Positions 9,905 through 21,709 of a stretch of DNA of 64,000 bases are shown here, in pieces (positions within the stretch are counted from its first letter, which is position 1; each line of letters starts with the position of its first letter). A program made the translations under genes and the position numbers. The stretch is from Azolla caroliniana (taxonomy: Eukaryota; Plantae; Polypodiophyta). The notes beneath the pieces are model-generated. The model saw nothing but the letters and a program-made list of their open reading frames with translations. It made no database searches and was not told the DNA's origin. The stretch covers positions 2,666,001 through 2,730,000 of the forward strand of contig JBHGNT010000011.1 of NCBI GenBank assembly GCA_043228905.1, written 5' to 3'.

Positions 9905-12060
9905 TAGTTATGCTTTTGTCCGGCCCTCGTTGGTAATCCTTTGCCACTTCCCGACAATCCTCTTTCCGAGCGTTCCATTTTTTATTATAACGTCGGTTGT
10001 TCCGGTATCCTTGCCGACGCCGATCTTCATAGTCTTCCCGTTGATCCTCTCTTCTCCGATCATAGCCAGGGGAGTAATCTTGATTATAACGATCGTCGTT
10101 ATAGTCACGGCTTCTCTCGCTCCAGTCCTGGTCATAATCCTCTCGTTGGTCACTGTATTGGATGTCTTGTATCGGTCGGCAGCGATCGTTTTGCCGAAAT
10201 CATTCTTCTTTGTCCTCCCAGTCGTTCCAGGTCTCGATGTGCCAGACTAGTGCAACTTGCCAATTCGGCAGGTTGTACTCACAGCGGTCCATTGTGTGTG
10301 ATCAGGAATGGCATAACATGCACTGCGATCTCATCGTGCACTCTATTGTTAAGTGCCCAGGATTAAGGCACGTCGTGCATGTGGACCGCCTGGCGAAAGC
10401 GTAGGTCCTCTTCGGTAGGGAGTGTTCTTTGGAGTGCTCCCATCGTCAACCACAAACTCATTTTGTCCATTTCCATGACCCGATCAATGATCTGGTCTAT
10501 TGTGTTGGTCCGAAAATCTATGATAGCACACACGGTTCGGAGAGGTTCCTAGAGCGCTGCCAAAAATACCGCTTTCGCTTTTGCTTTTGGCAGTGCTCTA
10601 GTGAGTTAACTATGCATTGTCTGGAACCGGATAATGAACTACTGAATAGTTTCGGATGGGTCCTGCCGTGTTGTATAAAATTGGCCAACAATCTCTCTTT
10701 GATCCACCTATCTGTGGAAGAAGTGTAGAAATCTAGTCTTTAAATCCTCAAATGTAGCAATACTGCCCAGGCGGTGCTTGGAGTGCCAACGTGTCGTGGG
10801 TCCCTCTAAAGTCTTGCCGAATTCCGCAATTTTTTATTGTTCTACCTCGGCTTCGTTCAGTTGTTGGGAGACATGATTCGCCTCCCAAGTTTGGAGAAAC
10901 GTGGATAGATGGGCTTCCGCATCCGGATCATCCTGATACTTCGGATATTGGTACGGCATTGTGTCGTCGTCTTCTTGTGTTGTCGGGGCCGATGTCGAAA
11001 CCGCTCCTCCTGTTCCATCGATGACTCGGGTTGTGGTGTCGGAACTCGTTCCTCCTCTTGGTGTTCCATGCTGATCGTTTTATCTAGAGCTTCCGGTTTT
11101 GTTGTTTCCGGCTCCAGTGTCGGTATGTGGTCCGACTCATCGTCTTCCAGGTCATCTGGGGTATTGTAGCTAGTACGATAATTCAATTGGACGTTGTGTT
11201 CACCATCCGAATCTGATTTGATGGCGGAGAATGCTTCCGAACCGTCGTTGTCGCGTTGTTACGCGCGTGCGTGTAGAAGGGGCGGGACCACGGGGGTCTT
11301 GGACTAGGGAGTGGAGGAGAAAGAATAGGACATGATATGGAGGCTTAGCTCAAGAGGAGAAGAGGAAAGAATAAGACCACAACATCGAAGGAGGGATCGG
11401 CGGAGGCAAGATGCTCAACAAGTTATATTAAAACAACGAATGGTTACAACAATGGTGGCCGCCGTGGCCGCACCAAAAATGACTATCCGAAAACCCTAAA
11501 GGGAAACCCAAGAAGAAAACCCTAACCGAAACCCTAACCCTAAAACGAAATGGGAAGAGGGAGAACCCTAGACTAAGTGGTATACCTTACTCGCACAAAA
11601 TAGGCAACCCCTTCATAAGTGACCCCTCCCTTCCTTTTATAGCCCAAGGAGGGAGGGACCTTACAATGTGGGACAAAAATTTCCCCTCTTTCTATACACC
11701 GTATCCTAGTATACATGTGCACATGTTGCACACCACCGACTTGCCCCTTCCACCCCGGTTTCCGCCTATGGACGAAAATCTTCACGACATCGTCTCTTGC
11801 AACAAGTGTCTACAAAATGGACTCCGCTTCTTGCAGACTGCTCAGACTACTTCCTTCGTCCTAGTGGTGGTTCTGTTGTAATCAGAGTGACTCCTCCGCG
11901 ACTCTAGAAAAAGACTGATCCAACCGGATCTCCTCCGGCGCCTGCTGGTAAGCCTCCCGCTTCCGCAGTCTCTCGGCGAGTCTTCGCGCTCGCTTGACCA
12001 CTAGGTCGTTCGTTGGTCTATGCATCCATTCCCCTGTTGTTCACTGCACTTTTTGCAGGA
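9905..12060 (-). mobile_element. Gypsy element 5' internal region and gag (double zinc knuckle), interrupted by a solo LTR
   Basis: Minus strand DFRTNTIDQIIDRVMEMD..MGALQRTLPTEEDLRF, CTTCLNPGHLTIEC and CMLCHS*SHTMDRCEYNL; downstream of the PBS at 12064-12073. Confidence 0.75.
11249..11789 (-). mobile_element. Solo LTR (541 bp) with 4-bp TSD TCGT
   Basis: Minus strand TGTCGTGAAGATTTTCG...AACAACGCGACA. TCGT at both 11245-11248 and 11790-11793. TATAAAAG at ~11640. Confidence 0.88.
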
Positions 12061-12063
12061 ATC

Positions 12064-12073
12064 GTGGTCGCCA
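12064..12073 (-). other. Primer-binding site, probably tRNA-Arg
   Basis: Minus strand ...AACACA GTTT TGGCGACCAC; 10-nt match to the plant tRNA-Arg 3' end (…GTGGTCGCCA) as recalled. Confidence 0.65.
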
Positions 12074-12077
12074 AAAC

Positions 12078-12520
12078 TGTGTTGTCACCGGGCTGGACAA
12101 GCTGCTAACACAGGATGTCCCTTTGGAACACTTCACCAAAGGGGTGGTATGGAAAGGAATGTGCAGACCATGATACAGGACCGATCCTTCCCGGTTACTA
12201 TCCAGAATGATTAACTTGATACACGCATATGATAATCACATTAAGCACAGAACGGTATTAACAAGATACACAATATGTAAAGACACAACACCTCTCTATT
12301 AATTATCCGTTGTTCCTTACATCGTCTCCGGATCCTTTTATAGGTATCCGGCTGGGTTACAAACCGGTGCCAACCGGCTACGAACCGGTTCAGGTCCGGA
12401 TCGGCATAACAATTCCGGATCCGTCCGTCCGCTCTTATAATTATCATAATTGAACTAAATACAACTCCCAAAACCGACTCCCCTTTCATACTCTAGCCTA
12501 ACCGGCCAACATTGAACTAA
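12078..12520 (-). mobile_element. 5' LTR remnant of the Arg-primed gypsy element
   Basis: CA end next to the PBS; GGATACCTATAAAAGGATC motif also present in the + strand LTR-like segment at ~13650. Right boundary approximate. Confidence 0.6.
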
Positions 12521-12559
12521 TCAACAATCAAGGTGGCCAATCCATCGGTCAAGTAGTAG

Positions 12560-13830
12560 AGATCTTGACATTGTTTTATGTCGTAGTACATAAGGAAAGC
12601 ACGTCGTACTACCCACAAGCCAATGGATTGGCGGAATCAACAAATAAGACGTTGCAGACAATCCTAAAAAAGATCATCAACGAAAACCGGACAAATTGGG
12701 ATACGAAACTTTACAGTGCACTATGGGCGTACAGGAGACAAGCAACCAGTCGACACCATTCCGGCTGGCGTTCGGATTAAAGGCACTGATGTCGATGGAA
12801 TTTCAGATTCCGAGTTTGCGGGTACAAGTACGAGAGCGGTTGAGCGAGCAAGAGTCAGAATGGATTTTGTTGGAGAAGTTGTGTGAACTCGAAGAGCATC
12901 GTATATTAAGTTTAGTACAGTGGGAATTGGAGTAGCGATGGAGGAAGGCGTTCGTAGATCACCACCGGAAAGGAAACGAAAAGTAGTATGACCGGCAGCG
13001 CGAGAAGCTCAAGGAAGCCCACACAGAAGTCAAGGAGAAAACGGAGGCCTTGACAAAGAAGGAAAATTTCCTAGAAGAGACGACGACAAAGTTGATCGCG
13101 GACGAGGCAAAGGATGGGTGTGAGTTGTTGACCGAACAAACCCGGATAATCGAACGATCGAAGGTGGTATTGGATAAGGTGTAGATGACCTACCAAAACC
13201 AACTTATGAATTACGAGGTAAGGGCAGAACAGATGAATATCAGCGATGAATACCAACAACCAGAGTCGGGATTCTCAACACAGCACCAGCCGGAGGCGCG
13301 AAAAACAGAGCCGAAGTCATAGACAGAAGATTCGGAGCCACAAATGGAATAGTCGGAGATACAATCGGAGCAGCGAGTGGAGCAGGCACCCAAGAAATCA
13401 CAGGTGAAGAGGGGCAACAACAGATGGCAGAGGAAGAAGAGCGATCGAAACTGATTGACCAGGACATCCTGGACATACTCGAGGAGGAATATAGGAGTTG
13501 ACCCATGGGTTTGACGTGCAAGGTAGAAGCCGGATATTAGATAAATAGAATATTATATTAAGTAGTGACGGATCCGGAAGGATGTACCAATCCAGATCCG
13601 CGCCATTTTGTATTCGGAGAGCCAGTGATGGCACTATTTTGTACCTAGAACGGATACCTATATAAAGGATCTGAATTGCATGTATTAGAGCGCGAGTAAT
13701 ATAAGTCTTGTTGCTTTATCTTGTGTGCTTACGACTCTCCCAAACTGAGTACATCTTAAAGGTGTTGAAGCGGTTCATCATGGACACATCGAAACTCGCA
13801 CCGACTCCGTTCCTGACGTTGATCTGACTA
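12560..13830 (+). mobile_element. Gypsy integrase C-terminal fragment, 3' region and LTR remnant
   Basis: STSYYPQANGLAESTNKTLQTILKK..WDTKLYSALWAYR, then TPFRLAFG; LTR-like TATA segment at 13500-13830. Confidence 0.8.
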
Positions 13831-13879
13831 ACGATTAGAGAATCTCCCTCCAGGGAGGTCGAGAAGGTAAATGAGAAAG

Positions 13880-14230
13880 ATCATCCCCTACACATTTCAG
13901 TAGGAAGTTTAATGTACGTGATGGTAACCACCTGACCCAACCTTGCTTATGTCATAGGCACTACCAGTCAGTACATGTCGAATTCCGGAAAGAAGCATTG
14001 GAAAGTCGTCAAGCACATATTCCAACACCTTTGGGGAACACAGAATATGCAAGTGACATTCGGTTCGAGACAACCGACCAATGTCGAAGGCTATATCAAC
14101 TTTGACTATGCCGAAAATCCCGACAATCGGAAGTCGACATCGGGTTACATGTTCACCTATGCAAGCATAGCGATATCTTGGAGGTCGAAAATCCAAGAGT
14201 GCATGACACTCTCCACAACAAAGGCCAATC
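13880..14230 (+). mobile_element. Copia RT/RNase H fragment
   Basis: VGSLMYVMV..., HWKVVKHIFQHL, DYAENPDNRKSTSGYMFT, ISWRSKIQECMTLSTT. Confidence 0.88.
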
Positions 14231-15059
14231 AACGTGGTAGAGACTCGTGGTTGTCCACGAGATGGATGGTAGCTGCTTGTTGAGACGGACGTGGCGGAAA
14301 AAGTAACCTAAGTGGAGGTGACGGCAACGATAGTGATGAGGCAATAGACTACTGATTGTATATGGGAAACATTCTATATTCACCTAGAGGTGGCGAACAA
14401 TTCAGTCAAAAGGGGAGGGCCTTTGACTAGAGGCAAAGGTTCCCCCTCTTCCCCAAAATTGAAATTATAGCCCTCATGGGGGGTGGGGTATAAATGGTTT
14501 TTAACAATTATGTTTCAACCCTTCTCTTCATGTGTCAGGCGGGGCATCAACTTCAGTTGATGTAGCGGGTGCAACTCCCCTTGTCCTAAAAATTATGAGC
14601 AGCCACAACTTCTCATTTGGAGGTCGAAATCAAGATCTTCAAAATCTACCACAACCCTTGAGGTGAGATCTTCGTGTTGGTGTGACGGGTTTTGGGTGAA
14701 ACACTTGGAAATTTCACTATTCGCTGATTGTGTCAAATCTTGAGTAACTTAATTTCTTGAACTCGGGATTTCAACTTGAAAATTGTTTAAGCATGGAAAA
14801 TTAGATGAAGATTTGTAAAAGATATTTGAATATATAAATTAAACTTGTAAGTAGCACTAAATTCATGAAAATGGATAAATACAACGAGTAAAGACTCGGC
14901 TCCATTACATGGAATGATAAAGAAAAAACAAGATAGGTTGGTTGATGGAGATGATAGAGAAGAAAATGGGTTGTGGGTAAAGACTTCAAGGGGGGGGAGC
15001 TTTATCTTCGTTCAATCTTCTCATTCGCCTTTGGGTTGTATCTAGTTGTAAGAAAAAGT

Positions 15060-15330
15060 TTAATTCTTAGGTGCTCAAACATTTCTCTAGATTCATTGGC
15101 ATTCAATTCCCTTCTGTCCGCCACTATCTTCCCTACACGCCCATATCTACATATAATGTCTTCAAAGAGGAACTTGCACACCGTTGTGTGGTCTTATTTC
15201 TTTGAGCTCTTCTTTCCACCTGGGTTTATGAGATCTTCCCTAGAAAAGCACCAAGGAACTTCATCTGGCCCACAGCCATTGGCATAACTACCAAATCCAC
15301 CATCCATCTAAAAAATGCACAGCCAAAGTG
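15060..15330 (-). mobile_element. Gypsy integrase core fragment
   Basis: Minus strand RWMVDLVVMPMAVGQMKFL ... VCKFLFEDIMCRYGRVGKIVADRRELNA. Confidence 0.7.
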
Positions 15331-15514
15331 TAAGCAGCCGGGGGGGGAGGGGTGCATGCAGTTCGTTCTGTAAAGGGCGCTTAATTCGAGTAGATTGACA
15401 ATTCTCACATGTTCCAAGGAAGGTGTTAGGTAAGGCCAAACGAAAAGAGGGAGAAGGGGAGCGCGTCCTGGAAGGTGGGCCAGGCGGTAGGCAGGGGCAA
15501 ACACAAACACTAGC

Positions 15515-15720
15515 CCATGGTCTTGGTGGATGGTTGCCCAGTAGATGGCCGACCGGTAGATGGCCGCCAGTCTGCTCGCCCACTAGTCTGCTTGCCCACT
15601 GGTCTCGGTGGATGGCCACCAGTCTGCTCGTCCATTGGTCTCGGTGGATGGCCGCCCGGCCACCCGGTCACTAGTCTTGGTGGATTGGCCACCCGCCCGC
15701 CCATCTCAGTGGATGGCCAT
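15515..15720 (+). repeat. GC-rich ~36-bp degenerate tandem repeat
   Basis: GGTCT(C/T)GGTGGATGG(C/T)... recurs about 5 times. Confidence 0.75.
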
Positions 15721-15914
15721 CATCACCATCACCAGGAAGAATCAATCAGAAACAGAAAATTAGAATGAGAAGCAGAAGATATGGTAGTAAGGTTATAGTA
15801 ATAGTGTGTAGGAGGAGCTCTTCTTCTGATCTTTTTATCATTCTCTCTTTTCTGCAGAAACAGAAGCAGAAAGATATAGTATAGAAGGTAGTAATAGGTT
15901 TCTTCTGATCTTTT

Positions 15915-15921
15915 TCACTCC

Positions 15922-15954
<33 letters not shown>

Positions 15955-16075
15955 CTCCCTCTCTCTTTAATTCTCTCTTCGATCGACGCTGCAGCAGAAG
16001 CAGGAAGCAAGGAAGCAGCAGAATCTTCGAAACAGCAGCAGGAAGAGGAGGAGAAGACGAAATATCGTGAAGTTT

Positions 16076-16106
<31 letters not shown>

Positions 16107-16460
16107 CCACGACGAAGACGACGACGATGATGGTGATGATGAATCCACGCTTCCCAGGTTTTCTCCATGCCTTTTCTTCCCTAAACTCCACTTCCTTTCT
16201 TCCTTATCAGTTTTCTGACATTAACCTGCTTTCGCCGCCTTCGATTCTCGTCTTTGACCTTCTCCCTTCCACTGAATGCATTGATCCGTAAAAGAAGCAG
16301 AATCCCTTTCTCTGAAGTTTGGGATGATGGTGATGGATCTATGTCGTTCAGGTCTTTCCATGGATTTCCGATTCCCCTCACTAGCCGCCCCTTCGTTTCT
16401 TTTTAATCGTTCTTTAAATAGTAGCCTGTTCACTTCCCTTCCTTTGGCCGCCTTAGTTTC

Positions 16461-16497
<37 letters not shown>
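15915..16497 (+). repeat. Microsatellites (CT)n, (GAT)n and (GAC)n in the upstream/leader region of the PWWP gene
   Basis: (CT)n at ~15922-15966 and ~16466-16497; (GAT)n at 16078-16143. Confidence 0.9.
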
Positions 16498-16500
<3 letters not shown>

Positions 16501-16518
16501 ATCCGTCAGCACTGATCC

Positions 16519-19500
16519 ATGGAGGTTGTGTTTGATCCTGTAACGACATCGGAAGTTTCATCAGGCTCACCACCACCATCAATCACCACTGTTTCTCATC
16601 AAGTAAGTTCCTTCATATTAATCTGCGCGCATATTTTACTCTTGAAATCTCTGTCGAGCTACGACCATTGCTCTATCTGTGAGTAAAGAAAGGAAAGGAA
16701 GAAAACGGAGAGGAAAGGATATCCTGCCGATGGATCCTTTGCAGGAACAAGAAGAAAACGTAGGAGTGTCAGAGGAAGTAATGAATATAGAAGGTTCTGT
16801 TCGTATTAGAGAAGAAGATGGAGAAGGAAAGATTTTAAGAGGGACGAATATGCTAGATGTGGATATGGCCCCATGTGCAGAGCATGAAACTGAAGAAAGG
16901 GGTGAAAAATCCCCCCGACAAGAACAAATTCAAGCTGAAGTTGAGGAAAGATCATTGCATGGAGACCAAACTCGCTCTGAAGATGAAGAAATAAAGGAAA
17001 ACCCTCTCCTGAGAGATCTAACTGGTTCTGAAGGTGGAAATGGGAACGAAAAATCTCTATTTGAAGTTCATACCAGTCCTGAAGATGAAACGAAGGAAAA
17101 ACCAGTGCTCAGAGATCCAATTGGGTCAGAAATTTTTGAATGGGAGGAAATAAGGCTGCTCGAAGGTCAAACTGGCTCAAAAGATGAAGAAAGTAAGGAA
17201 AAACCTCTATTTGGAGATCCAACTGTCTATAAAGTTAAAGAAAGCCAGGGACCATCTGGTGAAGATGAAGAAAGGGAGGAGAAAGCTCTGGTCGGAGATC
17301 AAACTGGCACTAAAAATGAAGAAAGTAAGGAAAATTCTCTACGTGGAGAACAAACTGGCTCTGAAGATGAAGAAAGCAAGAGACCATCTTCTCTCATACA
17401 GCATGGGGATCAAATGACTCGTTCTGAACATGAACAAAGGAGTGAAGAATCCCAACATGGGGAACAAACTGACTATGAAAGTGAACAAAACAAGGAAGAA
17501 TCTCAGCATGGACAAATTGGCACTGGAAATGGACAAAGGAATGAAGAATCTCAGCATGGCGATCAAAATGGCTATAGACATGAACAAATGAAGGAAACAG
17601 ATCTGCTTTTAGAGCAGCCAAAACTACGATCTGGCTGTGATATTAGAGAAAAGAAGGAAGAATCTCTCGGTATAGAGGATAGAGAACATAGTGTCTCTCA
17701 GAATGAACAAAGGAAAGATGAATCTGAACTTGCAGAAAAACAAACTACTGGCTCTGCATATGTACAGAAATATGAAGAATCCTCAGGGAAGGAAAAATAT
17801 GCGGGGATTGAGGGAGAAAAGAAGCTTCTTTTGCTGAACCAAGGGGAAAATAAGAGTGGTGGGATAATATCTGCATCCAAACAAGATGTTCTAGAAACGA
17901 AGAAGGCAAAGAACTCTGAAAATGAATCCTTAAGCCTATCACAGGAATCCAAAAGGAAAAGAGTCGCAGAAGAAAGTTTAGTGATTGGAAACAAGAAGCA
18001 AAAAACTGCAGACACCATTGAGATACAAGATCATGGAAAGGATAATCCTCTTGGACTAGCTGTTGGGCAAGAAAAAGGGAAACAAAAGCTGTCAGGAGCA
18101 AGCAAAGGGAAAAAACTGGGAATGTCTTTTGTAGAACATTCTATATCATTATCAGTTAAGGAAAAGATGTCATCGAACTTCACAAGTGACTCTGAAAGAA
18201 AACTTGATGGTATTCGCTATAGATTGGGAGATATGGTATGGGCAAAAGTCAAGTCTCACCCTTGGTGGCCTGGACAGTTATATGATCCAGACCTTGCTTC
18301 AGCTAGTGTCATAGATTTCAAGAGAGATTCTTGTTTTCTTGTTGCATTCTTTGGTGATAGCACGTTTGGGTGGTTTTCAGAGTCGGAGCTTATCCCTTTC
18401 GAACCTAATTTCCCTCAAAAATCTAAGCAAACATCTGATGAAACTTTTGTCGATGCAGTTGAAGATGCATTAGATGAACTCTATAGAAGGGTAAAATCTG
18501 GGTTAACTTGTAGCTGCAAAAAGAAAGCCAATATTCATGCAAAGAGTCAGCATGGAAAGCCACGATTGCTATATGATAGGCAACTACGAGAGGCGAGAAA
18601 TGCATTTGAACCTCCTAAACTGATGGCTTTTATAAAGCAAATTTCTCGTTCACCTTTTTCTTCTTCCCAAAAGATGCTGTTAACAACCATTGGAGGAGCA
18701 CAAGCGCACGCATTTCGTATTTTTGGCTTCTCGGATCAAACACCTGAATATAAGGATGCATTTAGAGATTTCAGTGATGAAGGTCTTGATAATTTTAAGA
18801 TGGATGATAATACTCAAGGAAAAGTCTCCATGAGAATTGGCTACGGTATGAATAAATCTGAGTCAAAGAAAGGTATGCATACTATTGCCTTTATGAAGGG
18901 AAAGAAAGGGCCTGGTAAACATCTAAAAATCAAACAACAGGATACAAGCTCCATCGTTTATGGAACAGGGAAGATTAAGAAACGCAACGCAGAAAAGAAG
19001 AAAACTCGTCATGAAGATGCCATAATTGCTAAGAAAAGCAACACTAAGCTTGGATACTCCACGCCGCATCCCAAGCCAAAGCCTTCACGAGTATCTCATG
19101 ATGTCATTTCAGTTGATTTCCGAGGGGATTTGGAGAACAAAGATTCTCAACATCCTCTTGTATCAACTATTGAATGTAACACAATAACGGAGAACAAAAT
19201 TCATGATGTTTCATCTGAAGTAAATACTGTAGAAACCATTGAAACAACAGAAGAATATCAGGAAGTTGCTAGGAAACTCGCTTCTTTGAAAAGAAGAAGA
19301 ATGGGTATTGAGGATGATTCAGATGAATGTTTGAATGCACGAAAGAATGTCAATGATGAAGTTGCAGAAATTTCTACTATTCATCCACCTGAAAAGAGAA
19401 GGAAGACAAAATCCTTGATGGGAGCATTACAAGGAGAATATCTCACTGGATTTTTGAAGGAGACGGATGGAAAGCTTAGCAAGAGGAAATCTTCAACAGG

Positions 19501-21709
19501 AACTCTTGAAAAGGATGAGAAACTGAAGTCTAGCTACAAACAACAAAGTTTAAACCCAAAATCTTTTATGGGGATGTTACAAGGGGAAAATCTTGGTGGT
19601 TCTTTAAAGAAGGAGAATGGAAAACATGAAAAGGGGAAAACTTCAACTGGAGGTCAAGAGAAGATTGAGAAAGTTAGATCTCTGACTAGCTACATAACCA
19701 GTTACAAAGAAAAATGCTCAAATCCAAGCAGAAAACAAAATGGAGATGCATCTCTTGCAGTTGATCCAGATTTTCAAACATTGACACAAGCTGAGGCTAA
19801 GCAAATTGACCCAGAGGATAATGGTGTAATACCTATGATTGATGAAAATGAATTAGTATCAATAGAAGATAGTACTGGAGCTCGCTTGCATGATGGAAAG
19901 GCAAAAGAGACCATTAAAGAAAAAGATGTTATGTATATCTCTACTGATGAACCTTGTGAAGCGGGGAATTTAGCTGTGGCAACATTGAGTGGAGCACACA
20001 GTGAGCCTGTCATAGATCATAACTCAGCACCAGAAGATGACAAAGCATATGAAGGAAATGTGGGCATATGCTCTCAGAGCTCCATTAATATGGTTGAATC
20101 AATATCGATTACTCCTCAATACAATATAATAAACCAAAAATTTTGCAATTTAAAGAATCATGTTTTGCAACATGCCAAGAAAACCCAAGAAGGAAATAAA
20201 AAGGCCAAGTTTGAGAGAGATTTGGCTTCATCTGACAAAGTGATCACTTCAAAGAATAGAGAAGTCAATGAAGATGTTTTGAAGGATCCAAATGTAAAAA
20301 TTAGACTTATTGGAATTCCGGATGGGATTGATGACAAATTACAAATGCGGAATTTGTTTCAGAAGAGTGAAAAACCTAGAAAACTCGTTAAAAATAGAAA
20401 ACTTGAAACTGGAGGCCATCAGAATATTGGCAATTCAAAGCCAAAATCTCAAGGTTTTGTCCAGAAGAATGGGGAAACTATCAAAGTAGTAAAAACTAGA
20501 AGATTTGAAAATCACGTTGATATTGATAACACAAAGTCACAGTCTTATCAAGATTTTGCTCAGAGAAGTGAGGAAATCCTTATTACTCCCAAGCCTTTAG
20601 ATGACATTTTGGAAGGTGATACCTCAGAATACTGTGCAGATCCTGCAGTATCTCAAAAAAATTGTGTAAAAAGCCTTGAAGAAAAAAGCCCACTATTGTC
20701 TACAAGTCTGATAAATGAAGAAAATGACAAATATACTGAACCTTCAGAAGGAAGGACTGAGAAGATTGCTATACAACAAAGAGAGTCTATGGAATACAGC
20801 CCAGCTGATTCCCAGAAACATAGCAATAAACCAATTTCTTCTAAGAAAGCCTCACCTAGTGTTGTTTCTCTCAGACCTGCCATTGATGCAGAAGCTCCTC
20901 TCCATGGGTCAAAAGGTATTCTGAATCGATTTGGTCAACGTATTCATACTCCTAAGCAAGCATCCGAACAAGGTAGGACCTTAAACCATTCTTTCCATAA
21001 GGCAAAGAATGTGGCTAGAGTAAAGAACATGCTTCAAGAAAGAGTTATTATGATTAAGTTTCCAAATGAATCCCCATTGCCCTCAGAACAGAAACTCAAG
21101 GAAACACTGCTTGCTTTTGGAGGTCTAAAACCTAAGACAATCAGAATGGATATCACCAATAGCTCTGCTCAAGTTGTATATGGCAATGCTGAGAGTGCTG
21201 ATGAAGCTATGAAAATACTAAAGAGTTCTTCTATTTATAAAGGCGCACATTTTTCACTCAAGACTAAGGATATTGCTGTAGGAGATCTCCAACTGGATAA
21301 GAAAGAGAGCAAATCCTTGGTCAGTGTACAAATCCCTGAGATGTTACCATTGAATAAACAAAATACTAACATATCAAATGCCGGAGTTTCTTTGGATAAT
21401 AATTATGAAACCTTTGATAAATATATAGTGAAAAAACCCCAGAAATCATGCTTAAGGAAAGCAAATGATCCCCTTCTGTCTGGAAAAAGCAGTGCACGTG
21501 TGACATTTCAATTGAAAGGGGTTAAGATGATTGGAGAGCCTAGAGGAAATTTTGCAATTTCAGAATCAGTGCTAAAATCAGGAGTTGAGAATTCTGGATG
21601 CAATATGAAAGATAATAAATCTTCTGATTCTAATGATATAAGTGATCGCTTTATGACATTGCTTCACCAAGTTCATGACCTTGTCAGAACTTCAGGCTTT
21701 GTTTTATAG
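16519..21709 (+). CDS. PWWP-domain chromatin protein (plant PDP/Tudor-PWWP-MBT family), ~1682 aa; exons 16519-16602 and 16745-21709
   Basis: GDMVWAKVKSHPWWPGQ and LVAFFGDSTFGWF PWWP domain. C-terminal MIKFP..SPLPSEQKLK..FG RRM-like fold and DISDRFMTLL terminal helix are typical of the family. The upstream ATG exon ends CAA|GTAAGT and joins in frame at TTTGCAG|GAA. Confidence 0.9.

Noticed and set aside
15746-16191. Poly-His, poly-Ser and poly-Ile ORFs on the minus strand
   Set aside because: Translations of (GAT)n and (CT)n microsatellites.
16679-16744. ORF-track start of the PWWP protein
   Set aside because: Starts at GTG inside a predicted GT-AG intron; the spliced ATG at 16519 fits better, although ATG at 16730 is possible.
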